A DNA stretch of 64,000 bases from Anaerolineales bacterium (GTDB lineage Bacteria; Chloroflexota; Anaerolineae; CG2-30-64-16): NCBI GenBank assembly GCA_017882045.1, contig JADGQF010000001.1, positions 16,288 through 80,287 of the forward strand, in the 5' to 3' direction. The notes under the pieces were generated by a model. It ran no database searches, was not told where the DNA came from, and saw only the letters and a program-made list of their open reading frames with translations. The translations under genes were made by a program, and so were the position numbers. The stretch's first letter is position 1. Every line of letters begins with the position of its first letter. Shown piece after piece: positions 19,948-27,986 of the stretch.

Positions 19948-20579
19948 TTCTCGGCCTGCATGATGGCAATGACCTGCTCAACCGCCTCATCCAGGGCACA
20001 TTCGCGATTCAGCACCCGATATTTGAATTCGTTCACGCGGAGCAACTCCGCCCGGGCGGTCGTGATGCGTGCATGCAACTGCGCTTCATCTTCGGTGCGC
20101 CGGCGGCGCAGCCGCTCGATCAACTCCTCCTCGGACTCTGCGGTCAGGAAAATGGTGACTGCCTGGGGGACCATGCGGCACATGGTAGCCGCGCCTTGCA
20201 CATCTACACGGAGCACCGCGTCCTGGCCGCTCTCCAGGGCCTGACGGACGTCGAACTTGGGGATGCCCTTATGTTGTCCGTATACCTGGGCGTGCTCCAG
20301 CAGCTCACCGTGTGCCAGCATATGGGCAAAAGTCTCTTCGGTAACGAAATGATAGTCGACGCCGTCCACCTCACCGGGCCGGATGGCGCGCGTGGTAGCC
20401 GTTACCACAAAATGGCACGAATAGCCGCGCTCTTTCATGCGTTTGATCGTCGCGTCTTTGCCGACACCCGAAGGACCGCAAATAACGACCAGCAATGGCC
20501 GCTTCGCCTGCAGGCCGGTATACCACTGCTGGATGGTATTATCGCTTTCTAACACGGCAGTTGGACTCAACTGGCTCAT
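19914..20579 (-). CDS. gmk: Guanylate kinase
   Basis: ATG at 20579. Motifs are GPSGVGKDAT and TTRAIRPGEVDGVDYHFV. Confidence 0.9.
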   Translation of the reverse strand: MSQLSPTAVLESDNTIQQWYTGLQAKRPLLVVICGPSGVGKDATIKRMKERGYSCHFVVTATTRAIRPGEVDGVDYHFVTEETFAHMLAHGELLEHAQVYGQHKGIPKFDVRQALESGQDAVLRVDVQGAATMCRMVPQAVTIFLTAESEEELIERLRRRRTEDEAQLHARITTARAELLRVNEFKYRVLNRECALDEAVEQVIAIMQAEKCRVDWEPVQL

Positions 20580-20607
20580 ATGGCTTTCCTGCTGTGGTGA
20601 ACCTGCT

Positions 20608-20635
20608 TTGTGACCCAGCAAGTTTGCGTTATAAT
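20608..20635 (+). promoter_or_regulatory. Putative sigma-70-type promoter of the zinc-ribbon gene
   Basis: TTGTGA (20608-20613), 16-nt spacer, TATAAT (20630-20635). Confidence 0.4.
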
Positions 20636-20676
20636 CGACTCGCTAAACATCGCATACCAAGTGGGGAAAGGTCACA

Positions 20677-21084
20677 ATGCCGATCTACGAATACTATTGC
20701 AACGACTGCAAACGGCGTGTCAGCCTGCTTTGGCAGTCCTTCGCCGATGCCGCCAGTCGCGATCCAGTTTGCCCTCGCTGTCACGGCACAAATCTGCGCC
20801 GCCTGATCTCAAAGGTCGCCGTCCTCCGTTCCGAAGAAAGCCGGCTGGACAACCTTTCCGATCCAAGTTCGCTCGGGGGACTGGACGAAGACGACCCGAA
20901 GTCCATGGCCCGCTTCATGCGCAAGATGGCCAACGAGACCGGCGAGGACCTGGGTCCTGAATTCAACGAAGTCATCGGCAGGCTCGAAGCCGGTGAGGAC
21001 CCCGAGTCCATCGAAAAATCCATGCCCGATCTCGGCGGCGACGATGCCGGGGGCGAAAGCGGAGACGATTTCGGCGTTATGTAA
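20677..21084 (+). CDS. FmdB-family zinc-ribbon protein with acidic C-terminal tail
   Basis: MPIYEYYCNDCKRR...CPRCHG is the CxxC...CxxC zinc-ribbon signature. GGGGAAAGG lies upstream. Confidence 0.75.
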   Translation: MPIYEYYCNDCKRRVSLLWQSFADAASRDPVCPRCHGTNLRRLISKVAVLRSEESRLDNLSDPSSLGGLDEDDPKSMARFMRKMANETGEDLGPEFNEVIGRLEAGEDPESIEKSMPDLGGDDAGGESGDDFGVM

Positions 21085-21089
21085 CCCCG

Positions 21090-21116
21090 AAAAAAAGACG
21101 TCTGGTCTCTCGTCTT
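21090..21116 (-). terminator. Intrinsic terminator after the darA-like gene
   Basis: On the minus strand: AAGACG-agagaccaga-CGTCTT followed by TTTTTTT. Confidence 0.5.
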
Positions 21117-21131
21117 CGCCTGCGTCCTGGC

Positions 21132-21458
21132 CTAGGCCTGTATAAACTGCTCCACGTTCAGCACGAAAATGACCGCGCCGCCCACACTCACCTCAATCGG
21201 CTCGGACATTTCCAAACCCGGCCCCTCCAGGGTGGGTAGCGGAGACACCCACTGGGTGCGGCGCCGGCAGCTCTGCCGCACCACTTCCACGATCTGCGGC
21301 AGCCGGTCATCTTCCACGCCCACCAGGATGGTCGTCTTGCCCTCACGCAGGAAACCACCGGTACTGGAGATCATGGTGGCCCGAAAACCGGCTTTGATCA
21401 AGCGGTTCAGTAGATCGCGCGAGTCATCGCTGCTGACAATGGCCATAACCAGTTTCAT
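21132..21458 (-). CDS. darA: PII-like cyclic-di-AMP receptor (DarA/YaaQ, DUF970)
   Basis: MKLVMAIVSSDDSRDLLNRLIKAGFRATMISSTGGFLREGKTTILVGV is the YaaQ/DarA signature. It lies next to tmk, as in Firmicutes. Confidence 0.82.
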   Translation of the reverse strand: MKLVMAIVSSDDSRDLLNRLIKAGFRATMISSTGGFLREGKTTILVGVEDDRLPQIVEVVRQSCRRRTQWVSPLPTLEGPGLEMSEPIEVSVGGAVIFVLNVEQFIQA

Positions 21459-21539
21459 GAGTGTTCCTCCTCGTTACGAGTAGATCATGGCTCGTATTCA
21501 ATACAACGTGATTGGCTGGAATCCGCTACGCGCTACATA

Positions 21540-22169
21540 TTACACTTTGCCGAGGCGGGACGAAACTGCCTCACGAACACTCTCCTGGATGGCGCCTACC
21601 GGCTGCATGGCGTCCAATACCAGCCATCTATGCGGCTCCGCCGCCGCCAAAGCCAGGTATCCCTGGTGCACGCGCTCGTGGAATGCCTCGACCTCACGCT
21701 CCAGGCGGTTCCACTCGGACTCATCGCATCCCTGTTTGCGCCGCAAACCCTCGCTCACCGCCAGATCCAGGTAGATAGTCAGGTCGGGCGTCAATTTCCC
21801 GGTGGCAAAAGCCAGGATCGTGCGTAGCGTGTCCAGGTCAAGCTGTCGCCCGTAACCCTGGTAGGCGAGGGTAGAGTCGGCGAAACGATCACAGAGTACA
21901 ACCCCGCCTCGTTGCAGATGTGGGCGGATTTTTTCGCCCACGATCTGCGCGCGGGCAGCGGAGTAGAGCAACGTCTCGGCTTCGGGTTGCATTTCGGTGT
22001 GAGCCGGGTCGAGGAGCAGCGTCCGTATCGCGTCGCCGATGCGGGTGCCGCCGGGCTCGCGCGTCGTCAGCACGTCGCAACCACGTTGGACCAGCCAGCG
22101 GCTCAACAGTTGGATCTGCGTCGTCTTGCCGCTGCCTTCAGGCCCCTCAAATGAAACGAACAGGCCCAT
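21540..22169 (-). CDS. tmk: Thymidylate kinase
   Basis: ATG at 22169. Motifs are FVSFEGPEGSGKTTQ and TREPGGT. Confidence 0.9.
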   Translation of the reverse strand: MGLFVSFEGPEGSGKTTQIQLLSRWLVQRGCDVLTTREPGGTRIGDAIRTLLLDPAHTEMQPEAETLLYSAARAQIVGEKIRPHLQRGGVVLCDRFADSTLAYQGYGRQLDLDTLRTILAFATGKLTPDLTIYLDLAVSEGLRRKQGCDESEWNRLEREVEAFHERVHQGYLALAAAEPHRWLVLDAMQPVGAIQESVREAVSSRLGKV

Positions 22170-22272
22170 CCTCACCAACCTGTGATATCACCGACTCTCG
22201 TGTGGCAGCGTCCCGATGCCCCGTCGCCCCGGTGGCCGCATGGCCCTGCTGCCGCATCGCCCTATGATAGTC

Positions 22273-22338
22273 AAAAACCCGGTTTCCACAAGTCCGGGGG
22301 AGTCCTCACGGGACTATCGGCTGGGAAACCGGGTTTTC
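22273..22338 (-). terminator. Long hairpin terminator (potentially bidirectional) after the R3H-AAA ATPase gene
   Basis: AAAACCCGGTTTCC (22274-22287) pairs perfectly with GGAAACCGGGTTTT (22324-22337), with T runs on both strands. Confidence 0.65.
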
Positions 22339-22346
22339 ATGGCAGA

Positions 22347-23978
22347 TTAGCCCTGTAAGATGCGCACGCGGCGCCGAGGCTCATTGCCGTAACTATGCGA
22401 GATCAGGTTGGCAGAACGGGCCATCTCGTGTTGCAGTCTACGAATCTCAGCGTTGGCCGGGCGCAGTTCCTCAGCTTCGGAACCGGCCAGGACCCGGCGA
22501 ATCGCCTCACGCGTCTCCGTGACCGCTCGCTCCATAGGATCCTCGGGCTCGACCGCGACGCCGAAGATGTCGCCAAGGACCGATTCCATCTGGTTGATCG
22601 TGTTAGCCCGCAACACGTAGACGGGTATACGCTGGCGCTCGGCCTCGGCAATCGGCTGCGGATGCTTGCGGTAGTAGTTCTTGAGCGTGACTGCGGTGTT
22701 CGCCTGGTCCAACGAGTCGACTATTTGGACAGGGACGCCGAGGTTCTGCGCCGCCTGCTCGAGCCGGCCTCGGCTGACACCGTAGGCATAGATGCGTGCT
22801 ACCCGGTCCGTGCGCTCAGCCCTGAGCGCGGCCTCCGAGGCTGCCGGGGCAGGAAGCGCGTCGGGATGGGGCTCGAAACGGCCGGTGCCGTTGGTATGAC
22901 CCACGCCTTGACGGTCAAACGGCAGCCGGTTCATCCCCATGCTCGCGGCACGCGCCTCCGAAGGCACCGGGGTGGGCGCGGCTTCGGTGATGCGCACCTG
23001 CCCGTTCTCGTCTCGATAGCGGATTTCCGGCGACAACGAGCGCCCACGTAGCAGGGCATCGACGGCCGCCGCCACGCTGTGATGCACCGCCATCCGTTGG
23101 CGGTCCTGGATCTCGATGAGCACGTCAAAGGTGGGCGGAGCGCGCCGCTCCAACACGGACTTCTGCGTGCCGCGGCGGCGAGCCTCCTCGTCGCTCAAGG
23201 TGACGCTCTCGATGCCACCCACCAGGTCCGACAAGGTCGGGTTCATCATCAGGTTTGCGAGCGAGTTACCATGCGCCGTGCCGATCAGTTGGACGCCGCG
23301 CTCGGCGATGGTACGGGCGGCGGCGGCCTCCTGCTGACGGCCGATCTCGTCGATGACAATCACTTCCGGCATGTGGTTCTCGACCGCCTCGATCATCACC
23401 TCATGCTGCAACTCCGGCGCGGACACCGGCATGCGCCGCGCGCGCCCGATCGCCGGGTGCGGAATATCTCCGTCGCCGCCGATTTCGTTCGAGGTATCCA
23501 CCACCACCGTGCGCTTTTTCTCGCCTAGTATACGTGCGGCCTCACGCAAGAGCGTGGTCTTGCCCACGCCCGGCCGGCCCAATAACAGCACGTTCTGGCC
23601 CGACTTCATAATATCTTCGACAATGTCGATGACACCGTAAACGGCACGGCCAACCCGGCACGTGAGGCCGATCACCCGCCCCTGACGGTTGCGAATGCAC
23701 GAAATGCGATGCAGTGTTCGTTCGATGCCTGCGCGATTGTCGCCCGTGAACTCACTGATGCGATCATTGACATAGGCCAGATCTTCGCAAGTCACTTCCC
23801 GATCGCTCAGGACCAGTTCGTGGTCCACGAAGCGGGCTTCCGGCCGGCGGCCGAGATCCAACACGATCTCGAGCAAATCATTTCCCTGGTTGGCCTTACG
23901 CAACGCCTGTTCCACAGGCGGGGGCAGGACCTGCAACAAGGCATCCAGGTCATCGGTGATTTGATATTGTTGTGACAC
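22347..23978 (-). CDS. AAA+ ATPase with C-terminal R3H-type nucleic-acid-binding region (Ycf45/SpoIIIAA-like)
   Basis: GTG start at 23978. Motifs are LLLGRPGVGKTTLLRE, VIVIDEIG and GTAHG. The N-terminus MSQQYQITDDLDALLQVLP matches the Ycf45-like family as I recall it. Confidence 0.78.
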   Translation of the reverse strand: MSQQYQITDDLDALLQVLPPPVEQALRKANQGNDLLEIVLDLGRRPEARFVDHELVLSDREVTCEDLAYVNDRISEFTGDNRAGIERTLHRISCIRNRQGRVIGLTCRVGRAVYGVIDIVEDIMKSGQNVLLLGRPGVGKTTLLREAARILGEKKRTVVVDTSNEIGGDGDIPHPAIGRARRMPVSAPELQHEVMIEAVENHMPEVIVIDEIGRQQEAAAARTIAERGVQLIGTAHGNSLANLMMNPTLSDLVGGIESVTLSDEEARRRGTQKSVLERRAPPTFDVLIEIQDRQRMAVHHSVAAAVDALLRGRSLSPEIRYRDENGQVRITEAAPTPVPSEARAASMGMNRLPFDRQGVGHTNGTGRFEPHPDALPAPAASEAALRAERTDRVARIYAYGVSRGRLEQAAQNLGVPVQIVDSLDQANTAVTLKNYYRKHPQPIAEAERQRIPVYVLRANTINQMESVLGDIFGVAVEPEDPMERAVTETREAIRRVLAGSEAEELRPANAEIRRLQHEMARSANLISHSYGNEPRRRVRILQG

Positions 23979-23986
23979 TTACCTGA

Positions 23987-25039
23987 CTATCCTCTGCTTT
24001 TCGCTTCTTGGGCCGATCGCATCGGGCCCTGGGCCTGGCTACGCACCGGCACTTCTTGACGCACTTCGATTGCCGGCAAGGCCGACCGGGCAGGAACCCG
24101 ACGGGTAGCCACAGTATGCCTGACAAAACGCGCCCGATCCGTATAGGGCGCAAAGCCGAACCCGGTCAAGGCCGCGCTGAGCCCGATCTCGTAATCGCGC
24201 ACCGTCGCGTAGACGGGCAGGTTGCCTGGCCTGTGCCGTGGCGGCAAGGTCGCCAACAACTGAAGTCCCTGCTCAACCAGCGCGCGCGTCTCACGCGCAG
24301 TCAACGCATTCGCGCCCCACACCCTCAGCCAGTGGCCGGCTCGCCCGACATGAACCCGGACCGCCCCGCGCACCTCGCCTGCCGGCGCCCAGACCGTGCC
24401 CTGCCAACGGTCCGGCTCCCACCACGACAGCGGCGGAGAGCCGGCCTCGCCAGTCATCGCGCCCTCTGCTTGTTGTACCAGGCAGGGGGTGCTACGCGCA
24501 TACAGGCGCTGCAAGGCCCAACTATCACGCGGGAACTGGCGGCGAAATCCTGGCGGGACCGGCGCGGCCTGCGGCACCTCAGACAACCGATAGATGGTCT
24601 CACGCGCGTAGAGGCTGAATCCGGCATCCCTCAAGCAAGCCATCTCGGGCCCGCCATCCGGAACACTGGCAAACACTCGCTGCAGCCCATGCCGCGCCGC
24701 TTCGGCGCAACAGTGGAGCAGCAAACGACGCCAGATTGCATCGGAAATAGGGTCGCCATCAGGGGCGACGGCGTGGGCCGGCGCGATGTGTAACAGGTCG
24801 GCCTCGGGCCGGGCAGCTCGCTTCAGTAACTGCACGAAACCCTTCATCTGCCGGCCCTGGCTGCGCTCCTTGAGCACGTAACTGGCCACTCCTCGGCCCG
24901 CCCAGGGCCAGGGGGCGGTCAGCGCCAGCCACAAGGGCGGGCGCGGGTGGCTCAGGATGTGCTCAATCGCCAACGGCACACCGTCATTCTGCAGCCGGTA
25001 AACCAGCAAGATGTCGGCCAGGGCGAATGGGCGTATCAT
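23987..25039 (-). CDS. Hypothetical protein, possibly tandem GNAT-like folds
   Basis: Only a weak resemblance to an acetyltransferase C-terminal strand (RVFASVPDGGPEMACLRDAGFSLYARETIY). It is the only long ORF here with gene-like codon usage and sits 8 nt upstream of the ATPase gene. Confidence 0.5.
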   Translation of the reverse strand: MIRPFALADILLVYRLQNDGVPLAIEHILSHPRPPLWLALTAPWPWAGRGVASYVLKERSQGRQMKGFVQLLKRAARPEADLLHIAPAHAVAPDGDPISDAIWRRLLLHCCAEAARHGLQRVFASVPDGGPEMACLRDAGFSLYARETIYRLSEVPQAAPVPPGFRRQFPRDSWALQRLYARSTPCLVQQAEGAMTGEAGSPPLSWWEPDRWQGTVWAPAGEVRGAVRVHVGRAGHWLRVWGANALTARETRALVEQGLQLLATLPPRHRPGNLPVYATVRDYEIGLSAALTGFGFAPYTDRARFVRHTVATRRVPARSALPAIEVRQEVPVRSQAQGPMRSAQEAKSRG

Positions 25040-25112
25040 ACAAATATTCTACCTGCATTACAGACTATTGGCAAGTGATTTGCGCTACACTGCCTTTGTG
25101 GCTTAAAGAGCA

Positions 25113-25138
25113 AGCCCTCGGCTTATCTGCCGAGGGCT
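25113..25138 (-). terminator. Terminator hairpin after csp
   Basis: AGCCCTCGGC-ttatct-GCCGAGGGCT is a perfect 10-bp stem. On the minus strand it is followed by TGCTCTTTAA. Confidence 0.6.
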
Positions 25139-25166
25139 GCGGTGTTTTACGAGAGTTCGCAGTGAA

Positions 25167-25376
25167 TCAGATGCGAGTTACATTAACTGCCTGGGGACCC
25201 TTTGGGCTGTCCTCGATGACGAAACTCACCCGGTCACCCTGATTCAGATTGCGGAAACCCTCGCCGACAATGTTGGAGTAGTGAACGAAAACATCTTTAT
25301 CACCACCACCGTCGGGCGAAATAAACCCGTAGCCCTTGCTTCGGCTGAACCACTTTACTACGCCTGTGCTCTCCAT
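25167..25376 (-). CDS. cspA: Cold-shock protein (CspA family)
   Basis: RNP motifs are [15 protein letters not shown] and DVFVHYS. Length is 69 aa. Confidence 0.95.
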   Translation of the reverse strand: MESTGVVKWFSRSKGYGFISPDGGGDKDVFVHYSNIVGEGFRNLNQGDRVSFVIEDSPKGPQAVNVTRI

Positions 25377-25443
25377 TGCGAAGCACCTCCTCGGAGTATT
25401 ACCCGTGGGTCTGGCACATTAGCAGAGTCCAGTGCTTTAACAA

Positions 25444-25486
25444 AAACAGCCACTGGAAGGCAGACGTGCAGCCCGAGTGGCTGTTT
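25444..25486 (-). promoter_or_regulatory. Terminator-like hairpin inside the csp 5' leader
   Basis: On the minus strand: AAACAGCCACT-(21 nt)-AGTGGCTGTTT followed by TTGTT. It lies between the predicted promoter and the csp start. Confidence 0.4.
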
Positions 25487-25536
25487 GAGACGTACTCCCT
25501 GGAAAAGCTGCTGTGACTTCCCACGCTTATACGATA

Positions 25537-25565
25537 ATATTATCGCATGGCATAAGTTCTGTCAA
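25537..25565 (-). promoter_or_regulatory. Putative csp promoter
   Basis: On the minus strand: TTGACA (25565-25560), 17-nt spacer, TAATAT (25542-25537). The -10 lies within the 14-nt palindrome CGATAATATTATCG (25532-25545). This predicts a leader of about 150 nt. Confidence 0.55.
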
Positions 25566-25602
25566 ATTATCAGTGTATTAAGGCTCTTCAAAAAAGCGGT
25601 TC

Positions 25603-26295
25603 TTAGTTAGGCAAGAGCGTCCCGCTAGGGCCGAACTGCACCTGCCCGGGCCACTTTTTTGTCTTGGCCATCCACGTGAGAAGGGCGTTTTCCCGATTCA
25701 ACAGCGTCAGCTCGCGCAGCAGGATCTGGTCTAGCGAATCGCTTCCCAGCAATCCTTGCTTCTCGTCCAGGTCGATCTGCATGGCGACGGCGGCCAGATA
25801 GCCCACCTGTTGGGGCGTCTCCGGCGCCTCGCCCACCTCAATCTGCAAGCCGGCCGCCTCGGCGATGAGCTCGATATAGCGCGTGACGCGCGCTCGCACC
25901 TTGTCCGCCATGCCGCGCACTCGGTCTGGGTCTAGCGGCGCCGGCAGTGGATAGGTCTCGACCTGCCCGCGCAGGTACGGTTGATCACGCAACAACTCGC
26001 GAATGCGAAAGCGCTCGGTGCCGACCGTGATGATCTTCATGGTGCCGTCGGGCAAATGGGTACTCTCGACAATGCGCGTCAGTGTGCCGACCGGATGAGG
26101 ATCGGCCAACTCAGCCCCCACTTCCTGACCCTCGCGGATTAACACGACGCCGAACGGTGAGTCGTCCGCCAGGCAGCGGCGGATCATGGTTTGATAACGC
26201 GCCTCAAAGATATGCAGCGGCAAGACCTGCCCGGGAAAAAGCACAGTCTTGAGCGGGAATAACGGTAGCTCGATGACCTCAGTTGCCTCGTCCAT
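25603..26295 (-). CDS. LON substrate-binding (Lon N-terminal) domain protein
   Basis: LPLFPLKTVLFPGQVLPLHIFEARY is the Lon N-terminal signature. GGGAGGTGA lies upstream of the ATG at 26295. Confidence 0.85.
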   Translation of the reverse strand: MDEATEVIELPLFPLKTVLFPGQVLPLHIFEARYQTMIRRCLADDSPFGVVLIREGQEVGAELADPHPVGTLTRIVESTHLPDGTMKIITVGTERFRIRELLRDQPYLRGQVETYPLPAPLDPDRVRGMADKVRARVTRYIELIAEAAGLQIEVGEAPETPQQVGYLAAVAMQIDLDEKQGLLGSDSLDQILLRELTLLNRENALLTWMAKTKKWPGQVQFGPSGTLLPN

Positions 26296-26307
26296 ACGTC
26301 ACCTCCC

Positions 26308-27032
26308 TCAGGCTCGCCCGTAGACCGGGAGCGCCACCCCGCTGATGGCCGCCGCTTGATCCGAACACAGGAAACGGATCACGGCGGCAATCTGGACCGG
26401 CGTCACCCAGCGACCAGGGTCTGCGTCGGGCATGCTTGCCCGGTTAGCCGGTGTGTCGATGGTGCTTGCAAGTACGACGTTCGCCGTGATCCCCTGGTTC
26501 CGGGTCTCTAACGCTATATGCTTTGCGTCAGAGCGATCAAGGCCGCCTTGCTGGCCGCATACGCGCCGGACTGGGCCTGCCCGGTGACCGCCGAACGCGC
26601 GCCGACGGTGATGATCCGGCCCCAGGCGTTAGCCTGCATGACGGGTAAGACCGCCCGGCACGCGTTGAAGGCTGTTAATAAGTTAGTACGCAATAACCAA
26701 TCGAAGGTTGCCGGCTCGGTGGCGGCAACGGTCGCGCCGCCGCGCCAGCCCCCGGCGACTGCCGCCAGGATGTCTATACGCCCGTAGCGAGCCACGATCG
26801 CGTCGACCAGCGCCTGTGTCGCGGCTGGGTCCGCCAGATCCACCAGATACCCGGCCCAGCGGCCGCCGGGCAAGCCGAGCTCTTCACGCAGGTGGGCAAG
26901 CTCGGCTTCAGAACGGCTCGCGGCGGCGATCGTCGCGCCGTCTTCGGCAAATGCGGCCACCACGGCAGGACCGACGACGCCGGTCGCGCCCGTGATTAAG
27001 GTCACCTTCCCCTGCAAACCGCTGCTCGCCAT
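26308..27032 (-). pseudogene. Short-chain dehydrogenase/reductase interrupted by a frameshift at 26515-26516
   Basis: ORF 26514..27032 (KVTLITGATGVVG...YAASKAALIALTQSI*) stops inside the SDR fold. The next frame continues ALETRNQGITANVVLASTIDTP...FLCSDQAAAISGVALPVYGRA* to TGA at 26310-26308. The total is 725 nt (3n+2), consistent with an extra TA in the CATATAG context. Confidence 0.75.
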
Positions 27033-27180
27033 GCCCCCTCCACCGCCAGTATTTTACACCACGCGGGCAGCATTGGCTAGCCCCAAAAACGCAAACGGGA
27101 GGCAGTACCCCCCAGGTGCCTGCCCCCCGCTCGTCGCCCAGACTATAACCACTCACTAACCCGTCAACTACAACCCCACA

Positions 27181-27846
27181 TCACTCGATACTGCCCGCGG
27201 CCGCCTGAAGACCACGCACATCGCGTAACTCAATCTTGCGATAGCCCAACTCTACCAGTCCGGCATCCTTGAAGCCCCGCAGAATTGCGCTGATGGTCTC
27301 ACGGTAGGTGCCCAGCATGTCCGCCAAAGCCTGATGGCTGGTGCCACGAATGGCCCGCCCACCGTTAGAGAGTTCCAGCAGGAGCCCGGCCAGGCGCTCA
27401 GGCAAACGCTTATAGGCCACCTCTTCCATACGGTTCTCGACCTGCACTAAGCGCTCGCCGACAGTCTGAAGAATGCCCCAGCTCAGAACCGGATAGCGCA
27501 TCACTAGTTCCTGCGCCTGCGGGGCACCCACCGCCCAGATGATACAATCGGTCAACGCCACCGCCTTTACAGTCGAATCTTCGGCCCGCAGGAGAGCGCC
27601 TTCACCGAACATGGCGCCGGGACCAAGGGAGGCGATCGCCAGGCGACGGCCGTTCGGCCCCTCACGAATGAGCTGTACACGTCCCTTCATCAGGGTATAA
27701 AGGTTAAGGTTAAGCGCTTCCGGCTCGGCGATCGTCTGACCGGCCCGGAAACCCTGCGCTGAAATGGCCTGCTTGAACTCGGGGTCGTCCTCACGGAGCT
27801 CAATCAGAATCTCCGGCATCGTGCGTTGCTTGCCCCGGTATACCAT
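27181..27846 (-). CDS. Crp/Fnr family transcriptional regulator
   Basis: ATG at 27846 has GGGGAGG upstream. It has a cNMP-binding-type domain (GPGAMFGEGALL) and a C-terminal HTH (SHQALADMLGTYRETISAILRGF). Confidence 0.85.
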   Translation of the reverse strand: MVYRGKQRTMPEILIELREDDPEFKQAISAQGFRAGQTIAEPEALNLNLYTLMKGRVQLIREGPNGRRLAIASLGPGAMFGEGALLRAEDSTVKAVALTDCIIWAVGAPQAQELVMRYPVLSWGILQTVGERLVQVENRMEEVAYKRLPERLAGLLLELSNGGRAIRGTSHQALADMLGTYRETISAILRGFKDAGLVELGYRKIELRDVRGLQAAAGSIE

Positions 27847-27912
27847 TTTTGCCTCCCCGACCCGGCCTTCAAACCGGGCCACTGTTCTGCCGCTTTCCTC
27901 ATTTGTAAGCAC

Positions 27913-27942
27913 ACTATACGACTTAATTGACGCGCCCGTCAA
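27913..27942 (-). promoter_or_regulatory. Putative promoter of the Crp/Fnr gene
   Basis: On the minus strand: TTGACG (27942-27937), 18-nt spacer, TATAGT (27918-27913). Confidence 0.5.
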
Positions 27943-27952
27943 CGGGGTGAAC

Positions 27953-27970
27953 TACGGATTCAAATCCGTA
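27953..27970. promoter_or_regulatory. 18-nt palindrome TACGGATT-CA-AATCCGTA, candidate operator
   Basis: Perfect 8-bp arms with a 2-nt centre, which is too tight for an RNA hairpin. It sits 10 nt upstream of the predicted -35 of the Crp/Fnr gene. Confidence 0.4.
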
Positions 27971-27986
27971 TAATAAACTACAGTGT

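Noticed and set aside
27937-27986. Possible tRNA (the T-arm-like ACGGA-TTCAAAT-TCCGT made me look for tRNA-Sec)
   Set aside because: The element is an even-length perfect palindrome, so it cannot give a 7-nt loop. The flanks give no acceptor stem, D-arm or anticodon arm. It was reinterpreted as an operator.
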